In this document: piece after piece, positions 1-11,970 of the stretch
Layout of the letters: each line of letters opens with the position of its first letter
Position numbering within the stretch: position 1 is the first letter of the stretch
NCBI GenBank assembly: GCA_030324005.1
Contig: JARDVH010000059.1
Span: 96,158,482-96,222,481, forward strand
Source of the DNA: Negaprion brevirostris
Taxonomy: Eukaryota
Length of the DNA stretch: 64,000 nucleotides
Direction: 5' to 3'
Translations under genes and position numbers: made by a program
Notes under the pieces: model-generated
The model's database searches: none
Told to the model about the DNA's origin: nothing
What the model saw: only the letters and a program-made list of their open reading frames with translations

Positions 1-244
1 CAAAAGTCTGAGGTCACATACCAACTGACTCAAGAACAGTTTCTTCCCTGCTGCTGTCAGACTTTTGAATGGACTTACCTTGCATTAAGTAGATCTTTCT
101 CTACACCCTAGCTATGACTGTAATGCTACATTCTGCATTCTCTCTATTCCTTCTCTATGAATGGTATGTTTTGTCTGCATAGTGTACAAGAAACAATACT
201 TTTCACTGTATATTAATACATGTGACAATAATAAATCAATCAAA
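1..244 (+). mobile_element. 3' end of a Rex1/Babar-like LINE (end of ORF, 3' UTR and AATAAATCAA-type tail)
   Basis: The sequence 'actcaagaacagtttcttccctgctgctgtcagacttttgaat' reads LKNSFFPAAVRLLN, a C-terminal motif typical of fish Rex1-type LINEs. It ends in 'aataataaatcaatcaaa'. An antisense copy of the same UTR lies at about 22445-22540. Confidence 0.6.
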
Positions 245-1080
245 GAAAGAGGACTTGCTGCAATACCTTGGATTTGTCAACTTCTTAGCTTCATATATAC
301 TGAGTCAATACAGCATCATCACGTAGAGATCTGCTAAGAAAGGATGTTCCATATGTACAGCAAAAGGACCATCAACGTGTATTCAAGTCGCTTGAACAGG
401 CTTTGTTAGGAGACGTGTATCTTCTACAATACTATGACCAAGGAAGGCAATAATCATAGAGGTCGATGAATTTCCAAAAGCGTTAGGAGCCTGCATTATG
501 CAGGATGGTGAAACTGTTGCACTTGGTTTCAAAAGTTCATCACAAGTGCAATCCAATTATTCAAAAATAGAGCAGGAGACACTCATTCTGGTATTCAGTA
601 TCACAAGGTTCCAGAAGCATATATTTAGTAAACGATTTATTGTAGAAACTGCCCAGAAACCATTGGAAATGATTTGGCACAAGTCACTGATGAGTGCACC
701 ACCCAGAGACTATAACGTCTTTGGATTAAAAATGCTATGCCTTCAAAGTCCATTACAAGCCTAATAATAAAATGGTTATTTTAGACACAGTGAGCAGGTT
801 ATCAAATCTAACATAGTTGTCTTGCTAGACCTACAGGTAGATGGTGTCAACATTGATGTAGAAGATTAATCCAGGTTGATGTGATGAATTTTGGTTAACC
901 CGAGAGTACCAATTTCAGGAAGCAGCAAATTATAACTGAAGGAATTATGGAGAGACATTGGCCTGATCCGATATAGGAAGTGCCAGACACACTCAAATTT
1001 TTTTTGCTGTACAGAATTGAACTAGGTATTTCAAGAGGCATGATTTTCAAGGGAAAGTGCCTTAAGCTGTTTGCCAAGGC
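245..1080 (+). mobile_element. Decayed Ty3/Gypsy pol fragment (RT C-terminus/RNase H)
   Basis: ORF 498-764 'NYSKIEQETLILVFSITRFQKHIF...FIVETAQKPL' matches the Gypsy RNase H motif (NYSxIEKExLAIVF...F.VETDHKPL). It is frameshifted and stop-ridden on both sides. Confidence 0.8.
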
Positions 1081-2840
1081 ATATTGTCACAGTTATTTTA
1101 AATCTATCTGCTGAGCAAATCTACAATACATCTTCCAATAAACCAAACTTACATTTAGTTTACCAGTCCTGTATGTGATTGGTAAATTTGTCTTAAGCAA
1201 ACGTAAAAATACAACACTGGAACCCTGGAGGGCGACATGGGGTGGAGGGGCAGTAGGAGCACTCAGGCTCTGGACAGCTTGCAGCCCCATGGGGCGAGGT
1301 AAGCACTGTAAATGTAATTGGTGGACCATGAGGACATGTCAAAAGGGACACACCTGAAGACTTTTCAATATATGAAAATAATATGTAATCAAAGCTACAC
1401 AATGATGGGCAGCCTTCTGACAGTTGTGGCTGCAGCAGAGGACTAGCCCATCATTGTGTAGCTGTGGTATTGCTGACCCCCTTGCCCACCATCACCTCCT
1501 GTTATCTTCAGAAACTGCCTCCATAAACTCCCTCAAAAATAGGACAGAGGTGAGAACATGTCAATACTTTAGTGCACTGGCTATTAGCATGAAACTGCCA
1601 GCATGCCTACCATTGGCACCATAAGGAAAATTCAACCCATTTGCATGCCAATTAATAGTCAGTGATTCAGAAAGGAGGGTGCTCCCATGGAGAAAAGATA
1701 CTGATTCAACAAGTGTTGTTCTTTATGAGTAACAGTGTGCCATACTGAACACCATATGTTAAAATAAATTGCCAATCTATTTTGCCCTTGCGAATCATTA
1801 ATCAGGCTCCTGACATTTCTCTGATGCAGTACTCTTGGTTGAACAACCCACATACCTGCCCACCAGTTGAGAATATTAAGAATGTGCAGCCTGTAAACAT
1901 AACTGACATGTTCCTAAATTTCAAATTTCTGTGCCATTGCCCAAAGCCCTGTTCTTTTACTGCAGCTATCAGCTCTCAAAACTCTTTCAGAAACTCTGCC
2001 AGACCTTGGTTCAACTTAACTGTTTATTGGGTTGTGAAGAGTGATTTGCAAAATACAGTAGGATAGGAATTATCTCCAATTGATTGGTTGCAAATACTTT
2101 ATCAACTTAGTGAGGACTGGATGAACTCTTGTTAGGTGGTTGGAACTAGTTTTTTAAATGTATGTATATATATTTTAATTTTCACTTCATACATTTTAAT
2201 TTATAAATTCAACCCTGGCAAAGATCAATCTTTATGTCAAAAATTATGCTTTCACAAAGAGTTGAGGTGAATGCATATACTCAGGTTAGACAGGGATTAA
2301 TTATATATGGACTGAAGTCCAAGGATGGGTTTGGAGAACAATACTGAGATTAATTTTGCAGAGTGGGAAGGTTGTGGAGAATGGCTAGTTTGGGCACTGG
2401 AAGAAACCATGGTTGTTCAATAGGTTTCTTGGTGGAGCAAAGTAGAGGCAGCTTTTTGCATTTAATTAAATTTGGAACCAATCATTGCCTGAACTGGAGA
2501 TGTATTCAGTTTCCTAGGGCAATTTCTCTCAGATGACCAGCACCAAACTCAATGAATTACAAAATTATATAAAATTGAAGCAACTTATTTTAAAAAAAAC
2601 CTGCCAGCAAATCTCCTATGATATTGCTCACAGTGATTTGATGGTTAATTGTTGTAAGAAGGAGAGTATTTGTTGGAAATTAGGATGAGTGCACAGATTT
2701 ACTTGAAAGATGTGAAATTTGTCATGATTCTACGGAGAAACAATGAAAAAATATTTCTTGATTTTTGTCAGGAAAATGAATAGACTTTTCCTTGCCTTTA
2801 CTTTGTTCCCCTTCTCATTGACATTATTTAAGTAAATATC

Positions 2841-4024
2841 TAGAGTCATAAGGTTTTCAGCATGGAAACAGACCCTTCAGCCCAACTTGTCCATGCCACC
2901 CTTTTTTTAAACCCCTAAGCTAGTCCCAGTTGCCCGCATTTGGCCCATATCCCTCTATACCCATCTTACCTATGTTACTGTCTAAATGCTTTTCAAGACA
3001 AAATTGTACCCAACTCTACTACTACCTCTGGCAGCTTGTTTCACTCACCACCCTCTGTGTGAAAGAAATTGCCCCTCTGGACCCTTTTGTATCTTTCCCC
3101 ACTCACCTTAAACCTATGCCCACTAGTTTTAGACTCCCCTACATTTGGGAAAAGATATTGACTATCTAGCTGATCTGTGCCCCTCATTATTTTGTAGACC
3201 TCTATAAGATCGCCCCTCAGCCTCCTACATTCCGGAGAAAAGAGTCCCAGTCTATCCAGTCTGTCCTTATAATTTAAACCATCAAGTCTTGGTAGCATCC
3301 TAGTAAATGTCTTCTGTACTCTTTCTAGTTTAATAATATGCTTTCTGTAATAGGGTGACCAGAGCTGTACACAGTATTCAAAGTGTGACCTTACCAATGT
3401 CTTGTACAACTTCAAAAGACATCCCAACTCCTGTATTCAATGTTCTGAATGCCTTCTTCACCACCCTATCCACCTGTGATTCCATTTTCAAGTACCTGTA
3501 CCCCTAAATCTCTTTGTTCTGTAATTTTCTTCAAAGCCATACCATTAACTGAGTAAATCCTGCCCTGGTTCAATCTACCAAAATGCAACTCTTCGCATTT
3601 ATCTAAATTAAACTCCATCTGCCATTCATTAACCCACTGGCCCAATTGATCAGGATCCCATTGCAATCAGAGATAAATTTCTTCACTGTCCCCTATGCCA
3701 CCACCTTTGGTGTCATCTGCAAAATTACTAATGATGCCTTTTATATTCTTATCTGAATCATTGATATAAATGACAAATAGCAGTGGACTCAGCACCAATC
3801 CCTAAGGCTGGTCACAGGTCTCCAGTTTCAAAAACAACCCTCCACAACCACCTTCTGGCTTCTGTCATCAAGCCAATTTTGGATCCATTTAGCTACCTCA
3901 CCCTGGTTCCCATGAGATTTAACCTTATGCAACAACCTCCCATGTGATACCTTGTCAAAGGCCTTGTTAAAGTCCATGTAGACAACATCAACTGCACTGC
4001 CCTCATCTACCTTCTTGGTTACCC
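2841..4024 (-). mobile_element. CR1 (HER1-like) LINE, RT region through 3' end, degenerate
   Basis: ORFs 3828-4202 (VDVVYMDFNKAFDKVSHGRLLHK), 3466-3666 (WQMEFNLDKC..LHFG) and 3041-3427 (LYKTLVRSHFEYCVQLWSP...RRLRGDLIEVYKI) are consecutive CR1 ORF2 motifs. The element is truncated by an N gap. Confidence 0.93.
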
Positions 4025-4124
4025 NNNNNNNNNNNNNNNNNNNNNNNNNNNNNNNNNNNNNNNNNNNNNNNNNNNNNNNNNNNNNNNNNNNNNNNNNNNN
4101 NNNNNNNNNNNNNNNNNNNNNNNN

Positions 4125-4291
4125 GGCTGATTGGAGGTAATAAATTGTCCCTAAATTAGTTTCCCTCAATGTGGAATGCCATAAACAATAGATAAGGGTC
4201 ACGGGTGGAGGGGGGACTAGTAATGTTAAAATGGCGACGCGGGCTCATTGGGCCGAAGGGCCTGTTTCCCGGGCTGTTTTTGTTCTTTGTT
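4125..4291 (+). mobile_element. 3' part of a SINE with CR1-type tail
   Basis: The tail 'gggctcattgggccgaagggcctgtttcccgggctg' is shared with CR1 3' ends in the window. Confidence 0.6.
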
Positions 4292-4563
4292 CATTAGTCA
4301 CAAGTAAGGCTTACATTAACACTGCAATGAAGTTACTATGAAATCCCCTTAGTCGCTACATTCCAGCGCTTGTTCAGGGTCATTGCACCTAACCAGCATG
4401 TCCTTTGGACTGTGGGAGGAAACCGGTGCACCCGGAGGAAATCCACACAGACATGGGGAGAATGTGCAAACTCCACATAGACAGTGACCAAAGCCGGGAA
4501 TCGAACACGGATCCCTGATGCTGTGAGGCAGCGGTGCTAATCACTGTGCCACTGTGCTGCCCC
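4292..4563 (-). mobile_element. tRNA-derived HE1-related SINE (non-CR1 tail variant)
   Basis: The reverse complement begins gggcagcacagtggcacagtgattagcaccgctgcctcacagc...gttcgattcccggc (Pol III A/B boxes). The tail is 'ttcattgcagtgttaatgtaagccttacttgtgactaatg'. Confidence 0.85.
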
Positions 4564-5944
4564 ATGATATCATTAGTTTCTTCGATCAGGCCACTTCAGT
4601 GACCTGGCAGGACAGAAATCTGATTTGAGAGGTTCAAATGTAGAGTTGCAAAAAAAGATTTAGCACAGATTTGGAAGGCAACAACTTGCTCAAGGAAGTT
4701 GGAGACTGAGTGGTAGTTTGGAAAAACATAGGGCAAAAGGATGTGTGTTTATTTCTGAGGAGGGGGTGATGATGGGAGATTTGAAAGAGAAAGAGTGAAT
4801 GTGAAAATGCTCTTGATTATCACAGATTTCCTTTACTCTCATTGTGACACTTTGCGAACTCAATTTGTCATTCTGAAAGAATGTATATATAAAAAATTTT
4901 AATTATGTTTATAGCAAATATTGCTTCTTTGGTCTGCCAGATGTAATTGTGTCTTTGGCTGTCTGACTTGTACTGCAGTTGCGAATTTTTCAGCCCTTCA
5001 CAACTTTCATTTCCCTCCCTGGTATGTTTAAGAAAAGCCACTGTAAGTTTAAGGCAGGAATTCTTCAGCGATTGAAAGCCAACTGTAATCTTTCAGCAGA
5101 AAATTGATAACACAACTCTAAGAGAAAGCAGTCAAACTTTGCACAAGGTGCCCCTTGAATTCAAAACTTACAGATGTTGATCTTTTAGTTTCTCACAGTG
5201 TGACCAGTTATAACTCCTAAAATGGAATATTAGCTGTTCAAACTGCTATGAATTATTGTGGTTGGCTCATGTATGTCTGTTCATGTCAGACAAGATGAAG
5301 AAACTAGTGCACAGGGACCAGACTTCCTTTGACAAAAAGCTTAGAAGTCAACTTGGACTGTGCCAGGTTTTGTAAACTCTTTAAACCTTTAACACTTTGA
5401 TCTTTTATTACATTTTATACTTTTTCAAAGGTCATAAATTAACCATGTTCTCTCTGAAATATCTATCTCCACGTTCCAGAAGAAGGCAGCTAAATATTTA
5501 AAGTTTGCTCAGAAAAACACCTAGCTTATTGGCACTAGAGTCTATGAGTTAACACTGGGTGACGTAAAAAATCTTTAAGTTGTTAGTCATCTTTTTATGG
5601 TTGTTCACTAATGGCATTTTAAAAATAGTTTTTCCTCATTGCAACATCTATTATATTACTGAACTTACTGCCACATGGATTACCAGACTCATTGCTCACA
5701 AACCACTGTCACATCGCTAATTAGTCATTCTTCCAAAAATACCTGCTTCTGTCTACCATCACTGATGACCTACACTATAATTTAAATAAAGTATGCTAGG
5801 TGCCTGTCCACTGGGCCACTGACCCCTAGTACACCTGCAGATCCAAATGCTTCCTGATGTGTCCATATGTGGACTCGGGCCCATTATTTTCTGGCCCATC
5901 TGCCCTCAGTGATTCCCGACTAAGTCATCGGCCTTGTTTTTTTT

Positions 5945-6266
5945 CATAGAATCATAGATTCCTGCAGTGCAGAAAGACGCGGTTCAGCCCATTGAGCTTG
6001 CACTGACAACAATCCACCCAGACCCTATCCCCATAACCCCACATATTTACCCTGCTAATCCCCCTGACACTGAAGGGGAATTTAGCATTGCCAATCAACC
6101 TAACCCGCACATCCTTGCAGAGTGGGAGGAAACTGGAACTTCTGGAGGAAACCTGTACAGAAACGGGGAGAACGTGCAAACTCAACACAGTCACCCAAGA
6201 CCGGAACTGACCCTGGGTTCCTGGTGCTGTGAGGTAGTAGTGTTAACCACTGTGCCACCATGCCAC
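5945..6266 (-). mobile_element. HE1 SINE, full length
   Basis: tRNA-like head, central 'gtggagtttgcacgttctcccc'-like core, and CR1-type (ATTCTATG)n tail, seen as 'catagaatcataga' on +. Confidence 0.88.
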
Positions 6267-7383
6267 TCATCAAGAAAATCTTGAAGATTACAGAGATGAT
6301 TAATGTGACTTTTTGAGATTTTTGCCTCTTTGGCCTGGGAGGAAAACTGCTTTGACACAGGTTTCCCCACTGTGAATTTGGCAAGCCATTCAAATGTTCA
6401 CTGGTTTTGGCGGTACTGGAAGATCCTGCAGATGGGGGGGTGTGTTGCAATATTCTAGTCTGGGATATTGCTATGATTTAGTTTACAGCAGATTAATTCC
6501 CAAAGGCACAAAGGCTATCCAGGACATTTTCTGGGACAAATTAACAGGAATGTTAAATTGAATTAGTCATTGGTGGTGTGTATTCAAAGTGTATTCTAAT
6601 CTTTCGCATCCGTTTTTACGCAAGGGACATATGATTTTAAGCATACCCCAGAAATGTTCTGCAATGAGTTAGAAAGAATATGCACTTAAAGACAGGTTTC
6701 TAGATAATACAATACTGCCAGCATTTGAATGAATTTATCCTGTAAAGGGAAAAGTCACTTATTCTAATTCTATGCTAGAAAGAACAGTTGAAAAGGCGTG
6801 TGCTTGACTCAAGATGATTAATTTGTTCACTCATATTTCATGCAAAATAAATGAGTTTGCTTTACGATTGATCTTGTCTCAATCAGAATGCTTATAAAAT
6901 AGATAAAGGAAGACACATGGCAATGTAAACAAAATCATGGAGTCCAACACACACAGTTAGGAATCTTATTGTTTCAGTCCATAGATGATATTATCAGTTA
7001 ACTGGATCCTGACAGTCAAAGTGCTCTCCTAATCAGAGGGAGGTATAACTCAGTTATAGCAGTGACCGTGGTGTTGAACCTAAAGACTATAAAATGCAGA
7101 CTGGTAAAATTATTTTGGACATTTCCCCAAGATACTGATTGCCAAAAATAAACTTATTGCTTGATTGAGCTGTCAGCAGGTTTAAAAGATAAAAAAAAAC
7201 ATTTTGTTGAAATAGTTCAAGGTTTTGTTATCCAACAAAATTTAAAATGTTAACCCTTGACCACTGCAAATTGAGGCATGATACGACACATTGTGCAAGA
7301 ATTGTGGAAAGAATTGGTATGATGACTTTGACTTATTCCACATTTCTTATATCTTCCTGTCTTCAGGCAGAAAATGTTAGCAA

Positions 7384-7693
7384 TACAGAAATCCTACTGG
7401 ACAGAAAGAGGCCATTTGGCCCATCGAGACTACTGACCACGATCCCACCCAGGCCCTATCCCCATATTCTGACAAATTTAATCCCCCTAATTTATGCATC
7501 TCAGGACACTAACGGGCAATTTTTAGCATGGCCAATCAACTTAACCCGCAGATCCTTGGACTGTGGGAGGAAACCCACGCAGACATGAGGAGAATGTGCA
7601 AACTCCACACAGACAGTGACCCAAGCCGGGAATTAAACCCAGGTCCCTGGAACTGTGAAGCAGCAATGCTAACCACTGTGCTACTGCGCCACC
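7384..7693 (-). mobile_element. HE1 SINE
   Basis: Same head, core and tail as the other HE1 copies ('aactccacacagacagtgacccaagccggga'). Confidence 0.88.
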
Positions 7694-8273
7694 CTAATTG
7701 GCTGCCACATTTCTTTGTGTTACAGCAATGACTACACTATAAAGTACTGCATTAGTTGTGAAACTCTTTGGGACATCCCATGGTCATAAACAGGTGCTGG
7801 AAAAATGCAAGTTCTTTCCTTCAACTTGCAAAGCTTAATTTGTCATGTGTGCCACACTCTGCATTTATGAAAAGCAACCTGAATACAATAATATTCTCCT
7901 CTGTGACTCTTCCAAGCCACTCACCATCCTAACTAGGAACTATATTGCTATTCCTTCACTGTCACTGGTTCAAAGTCTTGGGACTCCCCTCCTCTCAGCT
8001 CTGTGGGAGCAGTTACATCACGTGGACTGCAGCAGTTCAAGAAGGTGACTACCACCACTTTCTTAAAGGCAATTAGATGACGCTGAATGCTTGCCTTGTC
8101 AGAGATGCTCCATTGAGATCATTTTAAAATAACATTTTTTTGGAGCAAAGATGGCCACAAAATGGTGAGGAATTATTGCATTATTTTTAAAGTTTTGTAC
8201 AAAATACAAGTACTTAATGCTGATAGAAATGGTTTCTTCAGGTTTTTTTTTTAATCAATACATAAGGTGCGAG

Positions 8274-10207
8274 TGAAATAACTTCCACAAGGCCGGTGAC
8301 CCTTCATCAAATCTAGATTTATTTACAATAGTTAGTAATACTCAGACAGGTACTTCTCAGTACAGAGTGTACATCCTGAGCGCCAGTAACCCAGGCACTC
8401 CACATTATAAACCACTGCAGGGCTCCTGGATTGGAAAACATCAACTGCCTCAATCAGGGACAACTTTTTGTGTTGCCTCAATCAGGGAGATCACATTCCA
8501 ACAGATCTATCTTGTTGGCCTCATTAAAGTTATCACATCCCTCCCCCTCTAGGTCCGAGGATCGTCAGCAGGTCGTTCACCATGTGAGCCTCTAGCGGTG
8601 TTTTAATGTGCAGTTCCTCCATCTCTACATTGGAAGTAGACAGGGTCTAATGGACCGGAGCTTGCCTCTTTCATCTTGAGCATTGAGGCACGGGTTCAGT
8701 CTTTTCATTAGGTGGCAAGGGAGTCGACGCAGCCAAGTTCACCATGTCCATTTTGAACTCCAAGTTTCCAATGACTGGAGATGCAGAACAGGAGCCGGAG
8801 CCAGTGGGTCCTGGAATTTCTTCCGAGGCTGGGTATCAATTGTTCCAGCACAGCCTATGACTTAACAGCTTTTAAATGGTCTAGGTGTCTAGACCATCTC
8901 CCACATGGACTTTGTAGGAAATTGGTCCTGTCCTTGACATGACCATGCATTATAATGTCATGGGGCCCTTCCCATTGATTCTATAATAACACCCTAATTG
9001 CTTAAGTCACTCTGTACACATTCATTCATTTTTAGTAGTTGGTGTAATGGGACCTGGATACAGGCAAGGTTGGGTATAAATTTCCCATAATAGGTTACCA
9101 ACCCCAGAAATGATCTTAGCTCTCGGATGAACATGGGATCTGGGGCGCCTTTGATTGCCCGTACCTTGTCTTTCAAAGAGTATAGACCAGACTTGTGTAC
9201 TCTATAGACCGGATGGGTCACTTGGGGTACCTTGAATACACCTTTAGAACTTCCTCATAGTTTTCCAGATGTTCCTTATTCATTTTTCCTGTTATGAGGA
9301 CAGCATCCAGATAAATAGCCGCCTAAGGTAGATCTTGTAATATGTTCCCCACAGGAAGTCAGAATTACTTGTTCTTCAACTGCCATAATGTTATTTGCCT
9401 GAAAAAAGTGATGCATGCATTTCACATATTGGACCAGGTCCTCGACGGCAGGGTTGAACAAGTTTAGTCTTCCAAATAAAGATATGATGCATAAGAATGG
9501 CTTATCCAACTTAGGTCAACTGTTGTGAGCAAGTTCCTTCAGAATCGTTGCCACTGAAATTGCTCTCACAAAGCCAGTGTCCCTTTATGGGAGTTGGAGT
9601 TAGCCATTAGCAGATAAAAGATGTGAGTCTGCTTGATCAGTATAAGTAAGTATTGAGGCCTACTTCTGGGTATGATTTGTTGTTAGAGGTGTTTAGTGAT
9701 GTTACTGAACATTGTGTGCTAAAATGTCAAGGACTCTACATCTGCGTGCACAGTGATAAATTATACAGCTAAGGATTCAAAAGATGTTGAATTGCATTGG
9801 TTGAAAGTGCACATCAAACTGTAATACTACTGATGTTTTAACTCACACGTACTGGCTGCAAAATGATATAACTGAAAGTGTTTTACGGAATCTGGTCAGA
9901 ACATCATAGTGAGACCCATTATTTTAGTCTCCTTGTGCACCAGCAATAAAGACATGGTTTTTGAGTTTTCATCATGTATCATCTGGTTAATTCTTGACAT
10001 CTTCACCAAATCCAGCTTTATTTACAATAGTTAGTAATACTCAGACAGGCACTTCCCAGTACAGAATATACAAACTGAGTGCCGGTAGGCCAGACACTCC
10101 ACATTATATATCTCTGCAGGGCCCCTGGATCGGACAACATTAATGCACCAATCCAGGAGCTCATGCTCTAACAGTTCCACCTCGTCGACCTTGTCAAAAT
10201 AATTACA
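8274..10207 (-). mobile_element. Internally deleted Ty3/Gypsy provirus with two LTRs
   Basis: LTRs at 8274-8537 and 9555-10207 (TG...CA on -). PPT 8538-8550 (agagggggaggga on -). PBS-like tggcaacga at 9545-9553. Gag-like ORF 9276-9509 and RT ORF 8994-9221 (ELRSFLGLVTYYGKFIPNL). Flanks gcgag/gggag form a 5-bp TSD with one mismatch. Confidence 0.88.
9586..9999 (+). mobile_element. Probable solo LTR of a different family nested in the Gypsy 5' LTR
   Basis: A 414-bp segment absent from the sister LTR. It ends ...tgaca, has AATAAA at 9945-9950, and is flanked by cctt/tctt (4-bp TSD with one mismatch). Confidence 0.6.
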
Positions 10208-10689
10208 GGGAGGGAGGACATGTTGTAGCATGCATTGTGAATGGCCAGTCCTTTTGTTAATCACAATAAAGATTCTGGGAGTTGTAGGCACAGATGAAGT
10301 CTGAGATTGTAACATGCTGCTTAGTTGAATCTCCACCATTGACAGGGAGATTGCTCTGAGAAACAACAGGATCTCAAGCCTCATGCTTCTTCGAAAGGCA
10401 TAGTTTTCTGATTGAAAACATTTACAAGGGATTACTATCTTGTAAGTTTGATCACTTCACTGCAGACACTTAATTTCATTCTATCTCTTGAAGTGTGCCA
10501 TCTCTTGTTGGCTCTGCCACTATCAACAAAACCAAGGAAAATCATGATCATGCTAAGCATTAGATAAGATGCTGACGTGTGCATTCATTGTTCTTCTGAT
10601 TATATACAAGTAGATGGGCTGGGAAAAAAAGTCATTTTAGGAATGTGTATCTCTTTAAAATATTTTGAAGGACAATCGTGTGATTCTGT

Positions 10690-11400
10690 CTTCTGACAGT
10701 CCCCACCATTAACCCCAATTCCTAGCTATTGATTTCATTCCCTCTCCCTGACTACTTCCTGACACTGAATTTGACCATTTGAACTTTAGATCCTATTTGA
10801 ACCCTTTCCGAATTCCCAACCTCATACTCTTCACCACCAAAACCACTTACTTCCACCTCCATAACTTCATCAACTTCTGTCGCTGCATCAGCTCATTAGC
10901 TGCTGAAACCCATATGCATACTTCTTGTTACATCTGAACTTGATTGTTCCAACACTCTCCTGACTGGCCTTCCACCTTCCATAAACTTGAGTTAGTTTAA
11001 AACTTCACTACTATGTCCTATTTGCTCATCACCTGGTGATTGCTAAACAAAATTGGTTCTTGGTTCAGCAAAAACTTGATTTTTAATTTTTCTATCATTG
11101 TTTTAAAATTTTCAGCCTTAATCTTAAATCACTCTGGTCTTACTCCCCCTTACATTTGGAACCTCCTTCAACCCTACAAGATTTCAGTGCTCTTCCAAAT
11201 CTGGCCTATTAAGTGCTTTTGATCCTCACCATCCCAACATTGGCAGCTGGGCCTTCAACATCCTGGGCACTAATTCTGGAATTCCCTTCCTAAACCATTC
11301 CACCTCTCATTATTCCCCTAAGATTCTCCTTAAAATCTCTCTTGTTGACTAAGCATTTGGTCACCTGCCCTATTAGCTCATTATGTGGTTGCATGTGAAA
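10690..11400 (+). mobile_element. L2-like LINE 3' fragment
   Basis: Decayed 'gctgctgaaaccc...gttacatctgaacttgattgttccaacactctcctgactggccttcc...ataaacttgag' corresponds to the L2 ORF2 motif AETL..A.VTSRLDYSN.LL.GLP. Confidence 0.7.
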
Positions 11401-11479
11401 ACCTATTTATCACTTATGCTGCTCTTGTCTGTGATGCTGACATCCCATGAACTAATTTTTAAAAAATTGATAACTTTTT

Positions 11480-11970
11480 TTGTTCATTCATGGGGCGTGG
11501 ACAGAGCTGGTAAAATCAGAATTTATTGCCCTTCTCTAATTATGCTTGAGAAAGTGTTGAGCTGCCTCCTTGAACTGCTTGCAGTCCATTTAGAAATATA
11601 GAAACCGTACAATATAGGAGGCCATTTGGCCCATCTTTCTGCATTGACAACAATCCCACTTATTCTCACAATGCTGTTAGGGAGGAAGTTCCAGGTTTTC
11701 AAACTGATGAAAGAACCACATTTTTCCAAGCTGATTTGGATCCTGACTTGGAAGGGAATTTGCAGTTGGTGGTTTTCCCATACACCCGTTATTCATTCCT
11801 CTCCTAGGAAATAGAAACTGCAGATTCAGTAGGTACTGTGAAAAAGGCTTGACAGTTAATCTTGTGCATAGGTGCTGCCAGATACTCCACTAGTGAAAGG
11901 ATGAATGCTTAAGATGGTAGATGCGGTACCAATCAAGCAGACTGTCTCAGCCTGGATGCCATTGAGCTTA
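11480..11970 (-). mobile_element. 3' end of a second abundant LINE family (CR1/L2 group)
   Basis: 'atttattgccc...cttgagaaag...ccttgaactgc...gctgttagggaggaagttccagg' recurs at about 24930, 30460, 31100 and 35520. Confidence 0.65.
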
